Shown here: positions 29,976-43,420 of the stretch, piece after piece
How the letters are laid out: each line of letters starts with the position of its first letter
Position numbering within the stretch: the first letter of the stretch is position 1
NCBI GenBank assembly: GCA_012295275.1
Contig: CM022668.1
Location: 16,058,001 to 16,122,000, forward strand
Length of the DNA stretch: 64,000 nucleotides
From: Chrysomallon squamiferum
Lineage: Eukaryota; Animalia; Mollusca
Reading direction: 5' to 3'
Notes under the pieces: model-generated
Told to the model about the DNA's origin: nothing
Seen by the model: only the letters and a program-made list of their open reading frames with translations
Databases searched by the model: none
Position numbers and translations under genes: made by a program

Positions 29976-30820
29976 ATCATGTCCGATGTCTGCAAAACTC
30001 GTACAGTTTTAACACGTACGCTGAAAGGACCAGTGATTTATCGTTACTTTCCGTATTCACTCACGTACATCAGCCAGTTATGACGTCATCAACAGTGAGG
30101 CGTTTATGTGATTCAGTGAAAGGTGATACTGTTTAAGGCCGGTTATGTTATTTCAGAAAGGTGTGCCCTAACCGTTATGGATTACATAACTTTCAAACTT
30201 TCAAAATATTATTTGTTTCTGCTATTTGTAAATAAATTAGAAATAAAGAAACAAGCATATAAATAAATTAACAAAGAATTATAGAAAGAAAGAAAAACAA
30301 TTTCATTATTAATCTCGTTTCTTGTTTTTCTGTAATATTAACTTTCAAAAATTTCCCTTCCTCATCTTTACTTTTCTATTCTTGTTTTATTATTCGTCAG
30401 TTTATTTTTATTTCTTACTTTTTTTCTTTATTTTATATTATTTTTCAGTTTATTTTATTGTCTCACTTAAATCTTTCTTTATTTGTTAATTTTATTTTGC
30501 GGCTGTGTTAACGTCTCTGCTCTGACGATGATGCTATTATCTACTGCTACACGCGGCAATATCGTAAATGTTTAATACCCTAGACATTCTGATTTAAACT
30601 GACGTCATAACCCTGTGACAAATTCTGGACCACTCCCTAGTTCTAAAGCCTAGTTTTGGTAAAAGAAAAACCGCGGTGTTGAAGAAAATCAAGTGCATCT
30701 GTTTAATGCCACGTAAGTAATTTTTTTATTTACTGCGTGATACTGTGGTGACTTATTGCAAACATAGTCGTCGCTGAAGTAGTATGACTGTCAGCTTTAA
30801 GTTTATCCAGTAGGTCCAAT

Positions 30821-30858
<38 letters not shown>

Positions 30859-32622
30859 TATTTTGTCTAATAAAGCTCACACATATGTACACATTCATAC
30901 ACAAACATATGCAAACACATTGTAGACATTTTTTATTTTGTTTTATTATTATTATTTTTTTGTGTGTGTGTGGGTGGGACCATAACTACGCCCTCTAGTG
31001 ACACAATCTGCAAAAACTTTGCAAAAACGTTGCGAAAAGAACTGACAGTGAATTCTGAAAAAAACGTTAGACTGCTGCCCACGAACGTCATTTTAAATAA
31101 TCATTTAAATAATCATTTTAGATAATCATTTAAATAATCATTTTAAGTAAACATTTTAAAAGTCATTCATGCTAATCAATGTAAGTTTTATCACTGATCA
31201 GGAAGTTCTCGTGTTTTGTTTTTTGTCTGACATTTTTCTTGTTTTGTTTTTTTTAAATTTTTAATCTTTTTCTTTATCTCTGTTTTAAAACTATAGCTGT
31301 AGGCTTCAGGAAGATATATCTCTTATTCTTAAGTTCTTCCTAATAATCTTTCATAATTATAAAGTATAAAAAAAATAATGTAAAAGATATAAGTCTGACA
31401 TTTCCGCTTTTTAAAAGTGATTTTATTTTGTGCAAATAAATATATATATTATAAAATAAATGCTTGCTAGATCTATAATTTTTGTGTTTGTTTTTCTTTT
31501 TTAGAGGATTTATGAAATAAAGGCAAAAAAAAAAAAAAAAAATATATAAAAAAAAGAATTATAATACTAATACTAATATAACCTCCTTTTTATGATGTCA
31601 TTTCCGGTAAGGATTTGACTGGCTAAGTCATTGAGATAGTCATAAATTGGCAGTTATTAAAATATATCTCTTTTACGTTGTATAATTTGTTTTTAATTCT
31701 AAAATTACTTTATTTACGTAATATGAATTTTTCTAATAAAAAAAAGTTCAAATTACGCATGTTTACAGCTCGGTAGAAATGTAAAACGATCTGAAAATAT
31801 TTCCATGCGGAGAATAAATAAATATCTTTCATACACCCACGGATGAAAAATGCAGTGACGTCACCGCATGCGTAATACACAATAAATAATATAATTCATT
31901 ATAACATTTATATACAGATATATACCTGATACATAAAATGTTAATGTTAATACTAGACAAATTCCAAACCGTGTTTTTCTGTCTGTAACTTTTAATTCGT
32001 TTTAATATGCGTGAACAGTTTGTGAATGCTTAAAGTTTAAAAAGATTATTATATTGAATATTTCAAATTATTGCAGTTGCTCTGTAACCTCGAAGAATAT
32101 TTGTAATTAAAATAAATATTAAATAAAATCAACAACAGCAACAGCAACAGCAACAACAACACTAATGCTAAGAAACAGTAAATTTAGTCCGTTATCGTAT
32201 AACACATATGAACATCCTTTTTCCATTTTTTTTTTTTTAGTTATGATTTTTGTTCAGTTTTAGTTTTTAACTTCATTTTTCGGTGGGGGTTTTTCTACAA
32301 TTTTGAGAATAACCTGATGTCAAATATATATATATATATATATATTTATGTTAACTAATTTGTCGCTAGTTACATATTGTGTATTTCTAAACGTTATTTT
32401 TAAACGTCGTACAAAAATGAGGGAAAAAAAGAAAAATTCAAAAGTGTACATAGCATAATTACACTTTTCTTTAACAATTCTGTTGATTGAAGATCTTCTA
32501 AAACATGTCTACGCAATTTTGATAATTTCGTCGAGTTTGTGTTTCATTTACGCGGCAAATCACGGGAAATAGCTTCTTTGCATGTGCAGCGTTTGACGTA
32601 ATTGATACAGTACTGGTTTCAC

Positions 32623-32669
<47 letters not shown>

Positions 32670-33356
32670 TCATCTACCAGTAAACAGCATCGTACTTGGT
32701 AGACAGAAAAACGCGCGAGTCTGTTTTCTAAAGTGATGTATTGACAAACAAGTAACTCGTTCTAGTCGCGTCTAGGTTTGAAAAATTCCCTGTTGTGGCT
32801 GAAGAATGTTGTTAAAACTAAATCACTAGAAAAAGGAAAGTTGAGTTTTAAAAATAAATTAAAATTTATTAATGTCACATTTTAGTTGCATGAATATCAG
32901 TTATACTACAGCTGGTTCGCGAAAGGCTGTTATATTATAGTTGTAGGAAAATCATGGATATTAGATGTTTTAAGTAAATGAATAGCCAAAAGATGAGCAA
33001 GATAAAAAATAAAAAGAATAATAAAAAAAAAATAATGAAAAATAAGATAAAATAAAATAAAATAAATTAGTGTTAGTGATGCTATTGATTTGTAGAATGT
33101 GTGTGTGTGTGTGTGTATGCATGTATATGTAAGTTTATCTATGTATGTATGTATAGTATGTATATATATATTCATTAACTATATGTGTGTGTTTTGTCTG
33201 TCTGTCTGTGTGTATATGATACCTAATAATAAAAAACACAATTATTGTACAGCATATATTCATTAACTCGTTCTGTTATTCATAACTGAAAGAAACTAAA
33301 CAGAAACAGACCAGTGATGAGTTATTGAAGCTGACAAAAAAGAAACTGATACACAG

Positions 33357-33467
<111 letters not shown>

Positions 33468-34424
33468 TACCGATACAGAAAAAGAATACATTTGACGGTC
33501 ATACAAGAGAATCCAGTTGTTCATAGACAGGCAAAGATTTTTCCACTTGTAAGTAATGTTATAAAATTACGAGGCAAGCAGAATATTTTGACACAACTAA
33601 AGAAAGAAACAGTGGTTTAAAATCATGAGACAGAGCAGATATTTTGACTTGAACGAAATGAACAAACAATCTTTTAAAATCAGGTAATTTTTAATTTTTT
33701 TTTTTTTAATTTTTGTTATTCGTTTTTGAAGAAAAATAAATGTACTGGCTTCTTTCCGTATTGATAAAAAAAAAAAAAATGTGATTTTTTTTTTCTTCTT
33801 CTTTTTCTTAATCTATTTTTTTTTATTTTTTATCCAACAGAGAAAATATTGACGGCGGAGTTATAAAAGCAAAACTGATGAAATTTTATCACAACATTAA
33901 ACGTTGAAATAAATGGTTTTAACTTCATCAACATTTAAGATTTGATGTTGTAAGAGGTTGTTTCAGTCTGTGACGTGTAAATGTAGATGTTTTCTTCTGC
34001 TTTTTCTTCTGTTTGTTTTTTCTTTTATTTTTTTTTCTTCTGTGATATGTTTTTTAGATTCGTTTTAGATGATGGATTTGTTATCTAACTGACAGAACTA
34101 TCTCAATACACGAATGGAACTCGTTTTAAAGAAGATTTATCTCCGTCTTTTTTATGTTTTGATTTCACTCATGACTGCCGATACGTTAACAGAAAAAATA
34201 AAAAAGTGAAAAAACAGAAAGAAGATGTTTAAACATACGTACACAAAATAATAATAATAATAATAATAATATAAAAATAATAATAATAATAATAATTCTG
34301 GGCATTTGTTACTTTATTTATCAACGTGTATAAAGAAATATATATTTGTATTTTGTGTTAGTGTCCGTATGTTTGACTGTGTATATACATATCTATATCT
34401 ATATCTATATGGACATACATATAC

Positions 34425-34473
<49 letters not shown>

Positions 34474-34582
34474 CATACATACGTGTGTGTGTCTAGATAA
34501 ACACATGTAAAGTTTATACATATACAAACCATGCACAATGAAAACAAAAATATATATATTAACATTCTTTAACCTACCTTAC

Positions 34583-34950
34583 CTTTTTTCTTCTTTCCTT
34601 TCTTTCCTTTTTTTTTTTTTTTATCCCGTCTTAACCACAGAACTTTTAAAAACGAATTTCCCGTTTTGCGAAAACAGTTTGACGAGTTCTGTACTCGCTA
34701 CGAGACGACGTGCACTCCGTCCAAGACGAGAGAAAACTGTGAACGCGAGCTTCAGATCAATGCGCGCTACAAACCACTGAGCGAGCTCTGAGCGAGCACT
34801 GAGTGCCTCCCAGCCTGCCTGCACGACGTGATCAACGACGTCACGCTGCTAAGAGTGACTCGGGAACAACCGCCTGCTCAACGTGAGCAGCTCCGCACTA
34901 CGCCAATCCAGAACTAGCTACGACGGCAGCGAACACTCCCCCGCCTTTTA
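34583..34950 (-). promoter_or_regulatory. Candidate promoter and first non-coding exon (possibly of the GPCR)
   Basis: CpG-rich island in AT-rich DNA. On the minus strand it has a strong donor AAG|gtaagg at 34583/34582 and TCAGT Inr-like sites near 34780 and 34800. It also has a half-CRE TGACG near 34840, CCAAT at 34903-34907 and a GC box at 34938-34945. Confidence 0.45.
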
Positions 34951-35019
34951 CTGACCTGTCATGTTACTCGACTATTACTGCTACTGCTACTACTACTGTT
35001 GCTACTGTTGCAACTACTG

Positions 35020-35058
<39 letters not shown>

Positions 35059-35080
35059 GTTATCGGTACTTTTAGTATCT

Positions 35081-35119
<39 letters not shown>

Positions 35120-35669
35120 TTACTGCTACTGCTACTACTACTACTATTACTGCTACTACTATACTAGTACTATTACGACTACTACTACTATTATTACTTC
35201 ATTATTGCTTCTACTACTACTTCTTCTGCCACTACTGCTATTACAACAACTACTACTACTACTGCTACTTCTACTACTATTGTTGTTGCAACTATTGTTG
35301 CTGCTATTAATACTACTATAACTACTACGATTACAATGATGTCAGTACTAAAATTCTTACTACTATCTCTAATGCAAATCTTAGTACTGTTATTAGTGTT
35401 GCTCTACTATATATATATTTATCTCGTTTATAACTAGATAGTTTCATCTTGTAAGGTATAACTATAACCCTCATGGTTCTCTACAATAATCATATTCCTA
35501 TCTTTCTTGAATCTAGATCTACAGTTGTTTTTTCTTCTTGTTTATTCTTGTTTTTTCTTTCGTGTTATTCACGCAACTGACTTTTTCGCTCTGTAAATAA
35601 CATTCATACAAGTCACTTATTCTACGTTAACAATATTCTCATTTTCGAAATCCACGCATGTCTTTTTTT

Positions 35670-35800
35670 TCCTGTTTTAGAGAAGGTGCATATCAAAGAC
35701 AACTTTCTGCTAATGTGCAGCTATTAATACCACGGGCACCACTTTAACGTCGCCAGACGACTTTATCACAGACGTGTTAGCCATAAACAGCGAGAGTTAT
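35670..35800 (+). mobile_element. MetaSINE-core-like SINE fragment
   Basis: TCCTGTTTTAGAGAAGGTGCATATCAAAGACAACTTTCTGCTAAT resembles, from memory, the conserved Meta core (TCCTGTCTGTGGGATGGTGCATATAAAAGATCCCTTGCTGCTAAT). Confidence 0.55.
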
Positions 35801-36126
35801 TTTACTGCACGATTCACGAGAGGTAATTATGATTAATTTTAAGTCCTGGCTAGCTCTGCGCTAGGACAGAAAACCGCGTCTTAATGAAATCATTGCAGTG
35901 GGGCGGCTCCAAATCTTTCTGAAAAAAAAGGGTCGTAACATATTTTTTTTTTTTTACAAATATTGGTTTTATTGATGATCTGAGTATTAGTAAAAAGAAA
36001 AATTAAATTAATAAATAGAAAAGACGCCAAATGTCATAAAATAGAATAAAATAAAATAAACAAATAAATAAAGAAATAAAGAAGGAAAATATACACAAAC
36101 AAACAAGTAAATAAACAAAGAAACAA

Positions 36127-36159
<33 letters not shown>

Positions 36160-38073
36160 AAGACAGATAGATAGATAGATAAATAGATAGATAGACAGAT
36201 ATATTAATAGATAGATGGACAGATAGATAAATAAAGAAATGAATTCTTATTGCCTAATAAGTGCAAACTGTATTTTTAGCAAAACAAGATATTTTTATAA
36301 ATACATTTCAAAATCGCTTAAACATAAAAAATAAATTTAAGAAAAAGACAGTGAAATAATCTGCATTATTATTTTATTTTTTTGATTTTAAACTAAAAAA
36401 AGAAAAGAAAGAAGAATGAAAAAAGAAAGATGTTTAGAATAGTTGAATTTTAAAACGTGTGGCCTGTAATAAAATTTTGTATGTGGACAGAAAATGTATA
36501 TTAAATAAGTGAATATAAAACGTGATTTTTCCATTTTCGCCTTTTTGTAAACTGCATGAATTTTTAACTTTCGTTTTTATTTTTAATTTTTTAATTTGAG
36601 GTTTGTGTTTGGGTGCAGTATGTAATGGAATCCGGTTTAAATTTAATAAAACAAATGGATAAAATGTTCAGTGTTATATCATTGTTTTTCATTTGTTTAT
36701 GTAATTTATTTGTTTGTTTGTTTATTTATTAATGTATTTATGTATTTATTTATTCATAGTTTGTTTATTAAATAATTAATTAGATTGTTTATTTGTTTAA
36801 ATTAAATTAATTTTTCTTTTCTTAATTATTATTTTATTTTTTTTTTTTTTATTTACTGATTTATTTATTGATTTACTTTTTCTTTCTTTGTTTACTGAAT
36901 AATTAATTAGTTAATTTGTTTGTTTAATTTAATTTAATTTTTATTTTCGTAATTATATTTTTTTATTATTATGCTTCAAATATCACAACTACTTTTTTCT
37001 TAATTAACGAAACAACATAAAAATTATAAGAATTTTTACAGAGGAGTAATGCGTTCTATAAACTGCCAGACTACGGGATCTGAATAAATAACATAATTAA
37101 AATAATAATTACGTCAGATATGAATTTGACATTATCGAAATAATATTTCTGTCTGGCACAAACCCATAGTAAAACGAAAAATAACCAAGACCTAATATCG
37201 ATAAATGGGAGTAGTAATAATAATATCTGAATCTTGGATCTGTGAAGAAACAGAATTTTCTTCATACTCCCAAATTATGTTTTATTTGATTTTTGCTCAG
37301 ATTTAATAAAGAGGTATAATAACAAAAGAATATACTGGAAAAAAAAAATAATAATAAAGAAAGAAAAATAAAGAAAATGAAGAAAGAAACAAAAAGGAAA
37401 AGAAAAGAAACAAAAAAACGTCCTTTTTTGCAATAATGACGTCATATCATATTGTGATGATCGATTTGTTCTGCATTCTTCCTTTTATCACAAAAATACA
37501 GCAGTCAGTCAGTAAATGATGACGTCACAACTCTACATACGACGTGACAAAATGACGGCCATTCAAAAGTTTTACGACTGTTGTCTTCATACATGAAAAG
37601 AAAAATAATTTAAAAACTGCAAACCTACTGACCTTTAACTAAAATTAAAATTTGTAATTTTAGAACTAATTAAAAACTCAAGATACTTTTTTTATTATTA
37701 TTTTTCTTCACATCACGCAGTCTCAGACTTTATAGGCAGACATTTTTTGTTCTGGTGGCGAACTGCGCCCACTAAAACCTTCAGGAAATGACATCATAAC
37801 CGGAATGTTGTTTGTAGCTAACATTATTAATGTACATCTGAGCAAGTCTAAATGTAAAAAAAAAAAAAAAAAAAAAAGTTAATAGGAGTATTCTCTTTTA
37901 CCATCAACGTTTCATTTTAGAATTAATGGGGGTGGGGGGAGAGTGAAGTATTATTTTAATGCATACATTATTTTTGTGTTGTTTTCCGCACAGTAAACCC
38001 TGTTTCAATAACGTCACAACAGGTATGGTATCTTTGCGTTTTCATATTAATAAAATAATAATTATAGTTATTA

Positions 38074-38127
<54 letters not shown>

Positions 38128-38291
38128 TAAATCAATAAATAAATAAATAAAATAACAACAACAACAACAATAATAATAATAAATAAATAATAATATTAAT
38201 TAAAATAAAAACAACAAATTCAGTATAAACAAAAGCAAGCAAACAAACAAATAAATAAACAAACAAGAAAATAAATAAGTTGATAAATTGA

Positions 38292-38334
<43 letters not shown>

Positions 38335-38798
38335 AGCACTGACGAACATACAGCCACAACCGCATACAGAAAATTATATTCGTCAAATATAATAAACTGA
38401 AAAATAAAAATTAATAACAGCTGCATTCGACAACGCATGTTTATTAATAATTCTCGTGCAATCTCTACTGCCCCAAGTAACCTTCGACTGCACGCTCACT
38501 AGAAGACTGTTAACAAAAATGTCTGTGTGCAGTTTTTAAAATATACTTTCTGTTTTTTCATTTTTCATAATGAAATATAACACTACACATCTCCATATTA
38601 AACAACAGTGCGCTGGTTACATTGTTTTATGTTCATAGAGGGTCTGATATTTACACTGAGTGTTTCCCACGTGTGTTTAGGTGAATATACTGACGATGCT
38701 AATAAGATAAAATAACTGATAAATGTCTCTTTGAGGATAAACGTTATGACAAAGGTTCGGTTTTCAGTATTGAAGATTAACTGGAAAAAATATCATTC

Positions 38799-39245
38799 GA
38801 CTGAACTGAACTTTATTTACACTTAGGCACGCGTGGTTACATTCATACAAAATTTAACACAGTTGTAACAGTTGTAAAAGTTGTAACAAGTATGAAAAGA
38901 TGGCGGATTTACAACAATGTACACAATAATAAAATATATACAATATATCAGGCAAAGGGTTTGAAAAAAATTCATGATTAGATTAGAGAAAATAGAAATT
39001 TTTCTAAGGACACCAACTTTTTTACAGTTAAATAATTTATAAAAATTTTTAATGCTTTGTTTAGATTGACAGGAAAATGGTAAAGAACGGTTTCTTTGAT
39101 TCTTAAAAAAAAAAAAAAAAACACAAAAAAAACATGCATGTTAATACATAATGAAACTCATCTCCGATGTCATAGTTATTACACAGTGCATATATTCTAT
39201 TTTCTAATGGAATATTTTTCCATCTTCCCGTTTCATGGCAATCCC
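38799..39245 (-). mobile_element. 3' end of a non-LTR retrotransposon (RTE-X/L2-like LINE), degenerate
   Basis: 39234-39127 reads ETGRWKNIPLENRIYALCNNYDIGDEFHYVLTCMFF, the C-terminal CCHC-type motif of LINE ORF2 with its first Cys mutated to Tyr. The element ends in AATAAA followed by a (GTTCA)n tail at ~38817-38799. Confidence 0.8.
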
Positions 39246-39460
39246 TGGAGCCGCACCTTAATTTCTCATTAATTAAAAAAAAAAAAAAACACAGAGTGTT
39301 TAAGTATCATCCGACACCTCCCAGAACTGCACCTTACTTGGTGCTTAATTCAAACAAACAGCGATTAAAGACTTTCTCAGTACCTTTCCCTTGATCTGCA
39401 CCTTAATCTGCTGTTAATTAAAATAAACAGCATGAACAACAAAACAACAACAACAACAAC

Positions 39461-39506
<46 letters not shown>

Positions 39507-39896
39507 GACACACAATACACACACACTCATGTAAGGAAATACTATAAGTTGGATGTTGGTGATTTCTAACCTGCAAACCATCGCTTCCATGTTTGTCCTT
39601 CAGTTTAATTAGTTTAGCTTGGCTGGCTCTGACTCTGTTGTCTGTAGGGAAATAAATAAAGTAAAAATATTTCAGTGTTTATTAATATTTAATTACTTAT
39701 TAATTCCATCATTTTCACTACTACCAAATTTCTGCGCTGTCTTTGTGTCCGTATTAAACCTAATCGTCTCTATGTAACACTAATGAATATTAATAAGTAA
39801 ACAGTGTTTATAAATACATTTGTGTACTTAGTTTTTGTTTTATGTTAATGTCAAATATTCTGTTTAGCCGTTTATGTTTTTTCTGTTTCTTTCCCC

Positions 39897-40004
<108 letters not shown>

Positions 40005-41218
40005 TTTCTCATCCTTTTTTTCTTCGTACTATTTGACTTCACGGAATATCTGTATATTTAATATAATTATCGTGAAAGATTTATCAAATATAATTAGAGA
40101 TTTTATCAAATATAATTAGAGATTTTTATGTAATGTTACACGTACTGGAATCCCAGAAGAACAAATACAAATTGTTTGTAGGAAACTTCTAATATATCTT
40201 GTTTTGGAGTATTTATAAATAGGTAGGATGTTCTGTACAAAATCAAATAAGGGTTTGGTTTTTGTTCTCTTTTTTTTATAGCTTTTAACTCGACAGTTGA
40301 AATTCAAGTAGGTTTTTGCAAATAAAGCTGATTTGTGTTGATGTATTTGTCGAAAATAAACTTTGTCTCGTCTTGTCATGCTTACGTTCCCATGGGCAAA
40401 GAAAAAAAAAAAAAAAAAAAAAAAATGAAAAAAAGAAAAACAGGACGAAGAAAAAGACTAGAAAGTTGAGACTAATATTAAATTTTTGAGTTAATCCTTA
40501 ACTCACCGCTGTAACCATGGCAACTTCATTGGTATTGTCTGACTGTCTGTGTAGTTAATCTTAGCGAAATGTATGAATGTACGAGTAAAGGAATATTTAA
40601 AAGAATGTGTGAAGAATGAATGAAGGAATAAGTAAAGAATAAAAGTAGGAATGAATAAAGCATTGAGAAAAGAATAAATGAACGAATGAATAAATCAATC
40701 AGTAAAGGATGAAAGTCTGACGGATGAAATAATAAACAAATGAATAAAAGATGAAAGAATGAATAAATGAATGAAGAATGAATGTATTATAGAAGGATGA
40801 ATGATCGAAAGAATGAAAAATAAAGGAATATATAATTTTTTTATTTTTTTTAGTTAAATGATTATTAGGTGAAACTTTTCTTTTTATATGAGGAAATGAA
40901 AAGAAATCCTCTATTACCAATTCACTATAATCGATGACTGATTTGAGACACTAGTTGGAACGAGAAAAAAAACAAACAACGGAAACATAAACAAACTTGT
41001 GTAGGCGAGCCATTTCGCTTTAAATAACAACCGTAACCGCTCCTTACATTTAGCAGCAACAGCTTAAACACTAATCTGAGAAATTTCTCAAAAATTTTTC
41101 TCATAAGGCCATTGACCCGTTTTCTGTAATAAATGACCAAGAAGCAAAGATTCGATTTTAAATTTCTGTTCAGAGCTTCTACGACTTTCCGCTGAAACTG
41201 TGATTTGTAAATTTATAG

Positions 41219-41249
<31 letters not shown>

Positions 41250-42295
41250 TCCGAGTCAGAATAAGATTCAGCAGTCACCCTAAATGTCGTGTTATCTGTC
41301 AACTTCTTTATTCGGTCAGTTTTAGAAAACAATTAATCGTGACTAGTTGAATTCGGCGATTGTCGTCTGCTTTTCGAAACGACCGCTTGAAGGGATAGGT
41401 GGACAGACAGACCAGTGAATGTGCGTGTGTCTTTTCTGACTGTCTGTGCGTGTGTGTATGTTTATGTGGACAGAAAGGTGGACGGACGAACGTACGGAGA
41501 GACAGGCACTGATTAACTAATTGAGAAATACACACAGAAAAACGGATTATGAAAATAGCAATTAAGTATCTTATAACTGTTTTGTTATTGTAAAATACGG
41601 TTAGAAGTATGTATCTTTAATATAAATTTTCGCATGTGCGATAACTCCATTTAGATATTAATTATTTAGATGTGAATATGTTTCGTGATGTTTTGCGGGA
41701 CATAATTAAACTGGTAGTGGTATGTTCTGGGTGTAATTTGAAATCAGACATATTGTATTTTATTATTTAAAAAAAATAAAAACAAATAAAAAATAATTAT
41801 GAGCAATAATAATTAAAAAATAAATAAAATAATTTTGAAACAACAATAAGAAGAAGAAGAAAACGAAAGAAACGTGTTTTTAAATTGCTTGTTTCATTCG
41901 ATTACGGGATAAAATCAAAATCTTTCTCTCCTGTTCTGAATACAAATTATTGTCATAGGTTTCTCGTACACGAGTTTTTCCTGTGATGACTGTACGAGAA
42001 AAAGAGATTCAGTTTTTCCGAGTAAAGAAAATTTTCCTATCACTTCAAGACTCTGTAACCATCCTGGCCGCATCAGTTCATGATTAGACTCTGTGTCGTA
42101 TTATTACAAAGCTTCTCGATTCTTTTATTACTGTTTCTCTTTTTCATCTGAGCCGAATCCCAAATTATTACTGTTGTAGTTGCCGTCGTCGTCATCGTTC
42201 ATGTTATAACTAGTATAATGATGATGATGATGATGATGATTATATTACTAATACAAATAGGACTATTATTATTATTATTATTATTATTATTCTGG

Positions 42296-42348
<53 letters not shown>

Positions 42349-43199
42349 ATTGTAGCTGTTGTTTAGTTTTATCGGTAGCAGTTTACTATTTGTACAGCTA
42401 TCATGATTATAATCATAAAAAAACACAACAACAACGTCAGTATCATCGTCGTTGTTATTTTCTGACTATTATTATTGTCGCTGAAATACTGGGTTAATGT
42501 TTTCAATGTGACGATAATTTCAAGGTCGAGGTCATTTGAAATGTTCACAGTGATTATTACCGAAACTGAGGCCCAAAAAGATAAAAATCATTAAACACTT
42601 TGCTTTAGCAGTTCATTAACAAGTCTTTGTCTCCTAAATCAACGGATTAGCTTATCATCATTATTTCGTTCTCCGTTTACAGATTGTGTGTGTGGTAGCA
42701 TGGGTTTAGGAGAGCAAGTGTATAATGTGTGTGTGCGTATGTGTGTGTGTTTGTGTGTGTAGGTATGTTTAGATGTATATTCATATGTATGTATGTATGT
42801 ATTTTGTTTTCACCTATATTTGTTTGAATATTTACATGTGTACGTATATTGTTGTGTGTGTATCTGTGTGTTTATGTATGTATGTGTATGAATGTGTACA
42901 TACATACAAACATACATACATGCATATGTAATTTTTATTTTTTTATTTTTTTTTAAATTTAGGTATGTAGGTAGGTATGTGTTTCCGTGCATGTCGTATG
43001 AGAGCATAGCTTATTTCATGTGGAAAGTTTTATGTTCTCTATAATAACATCATTTCTAAAATGTTTGATCCAGCCTTAGTGACATTTGCAGTTTTCCCGC
43101 AGTTGCGTAAAATTACTTTGAAACCCGTCTGACATTTTACATCAGAGTTTAATAAAAACTGTAGACCTGTCTTTACGAGTAGTTATATTTCTTACATCA

Positions 43200-43420
43200 T
43201 AATGGAATAGCGTGGACATAACGTGAGAGAGGTTCCGGGATCAATTCTCCCAGGATCTGTTCTTGGAGTTTGGTTTATTAAAGGCCATGGTATTATGCTG
43301 TTCTGTTTAGGGGAAGGTACATATATTTAAAAAATCGACTGCTGTTAATTGGTAAGATTAGAAAACTGACTGACGATTACGGCTTTCCTCTCTAATTTAT
43401 TATTACCAAGCAGCGAGTCA
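43200..43420 (+). mobile_element. Degenerate tRNA-derived SINE with MetaSINE-like core
   Basis: B-box-like GGGATCAATTCTCCC (~43237), then AAAGGCCATGGTATTATGCTGTTCTGTTTAGGGAAGGTACATATA...CTGCTGTTAATTGG...GGCTTTCCTCTCT. This matches the order of motifs I recall from Meta-domain SINEs. Confidence 0.6.
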
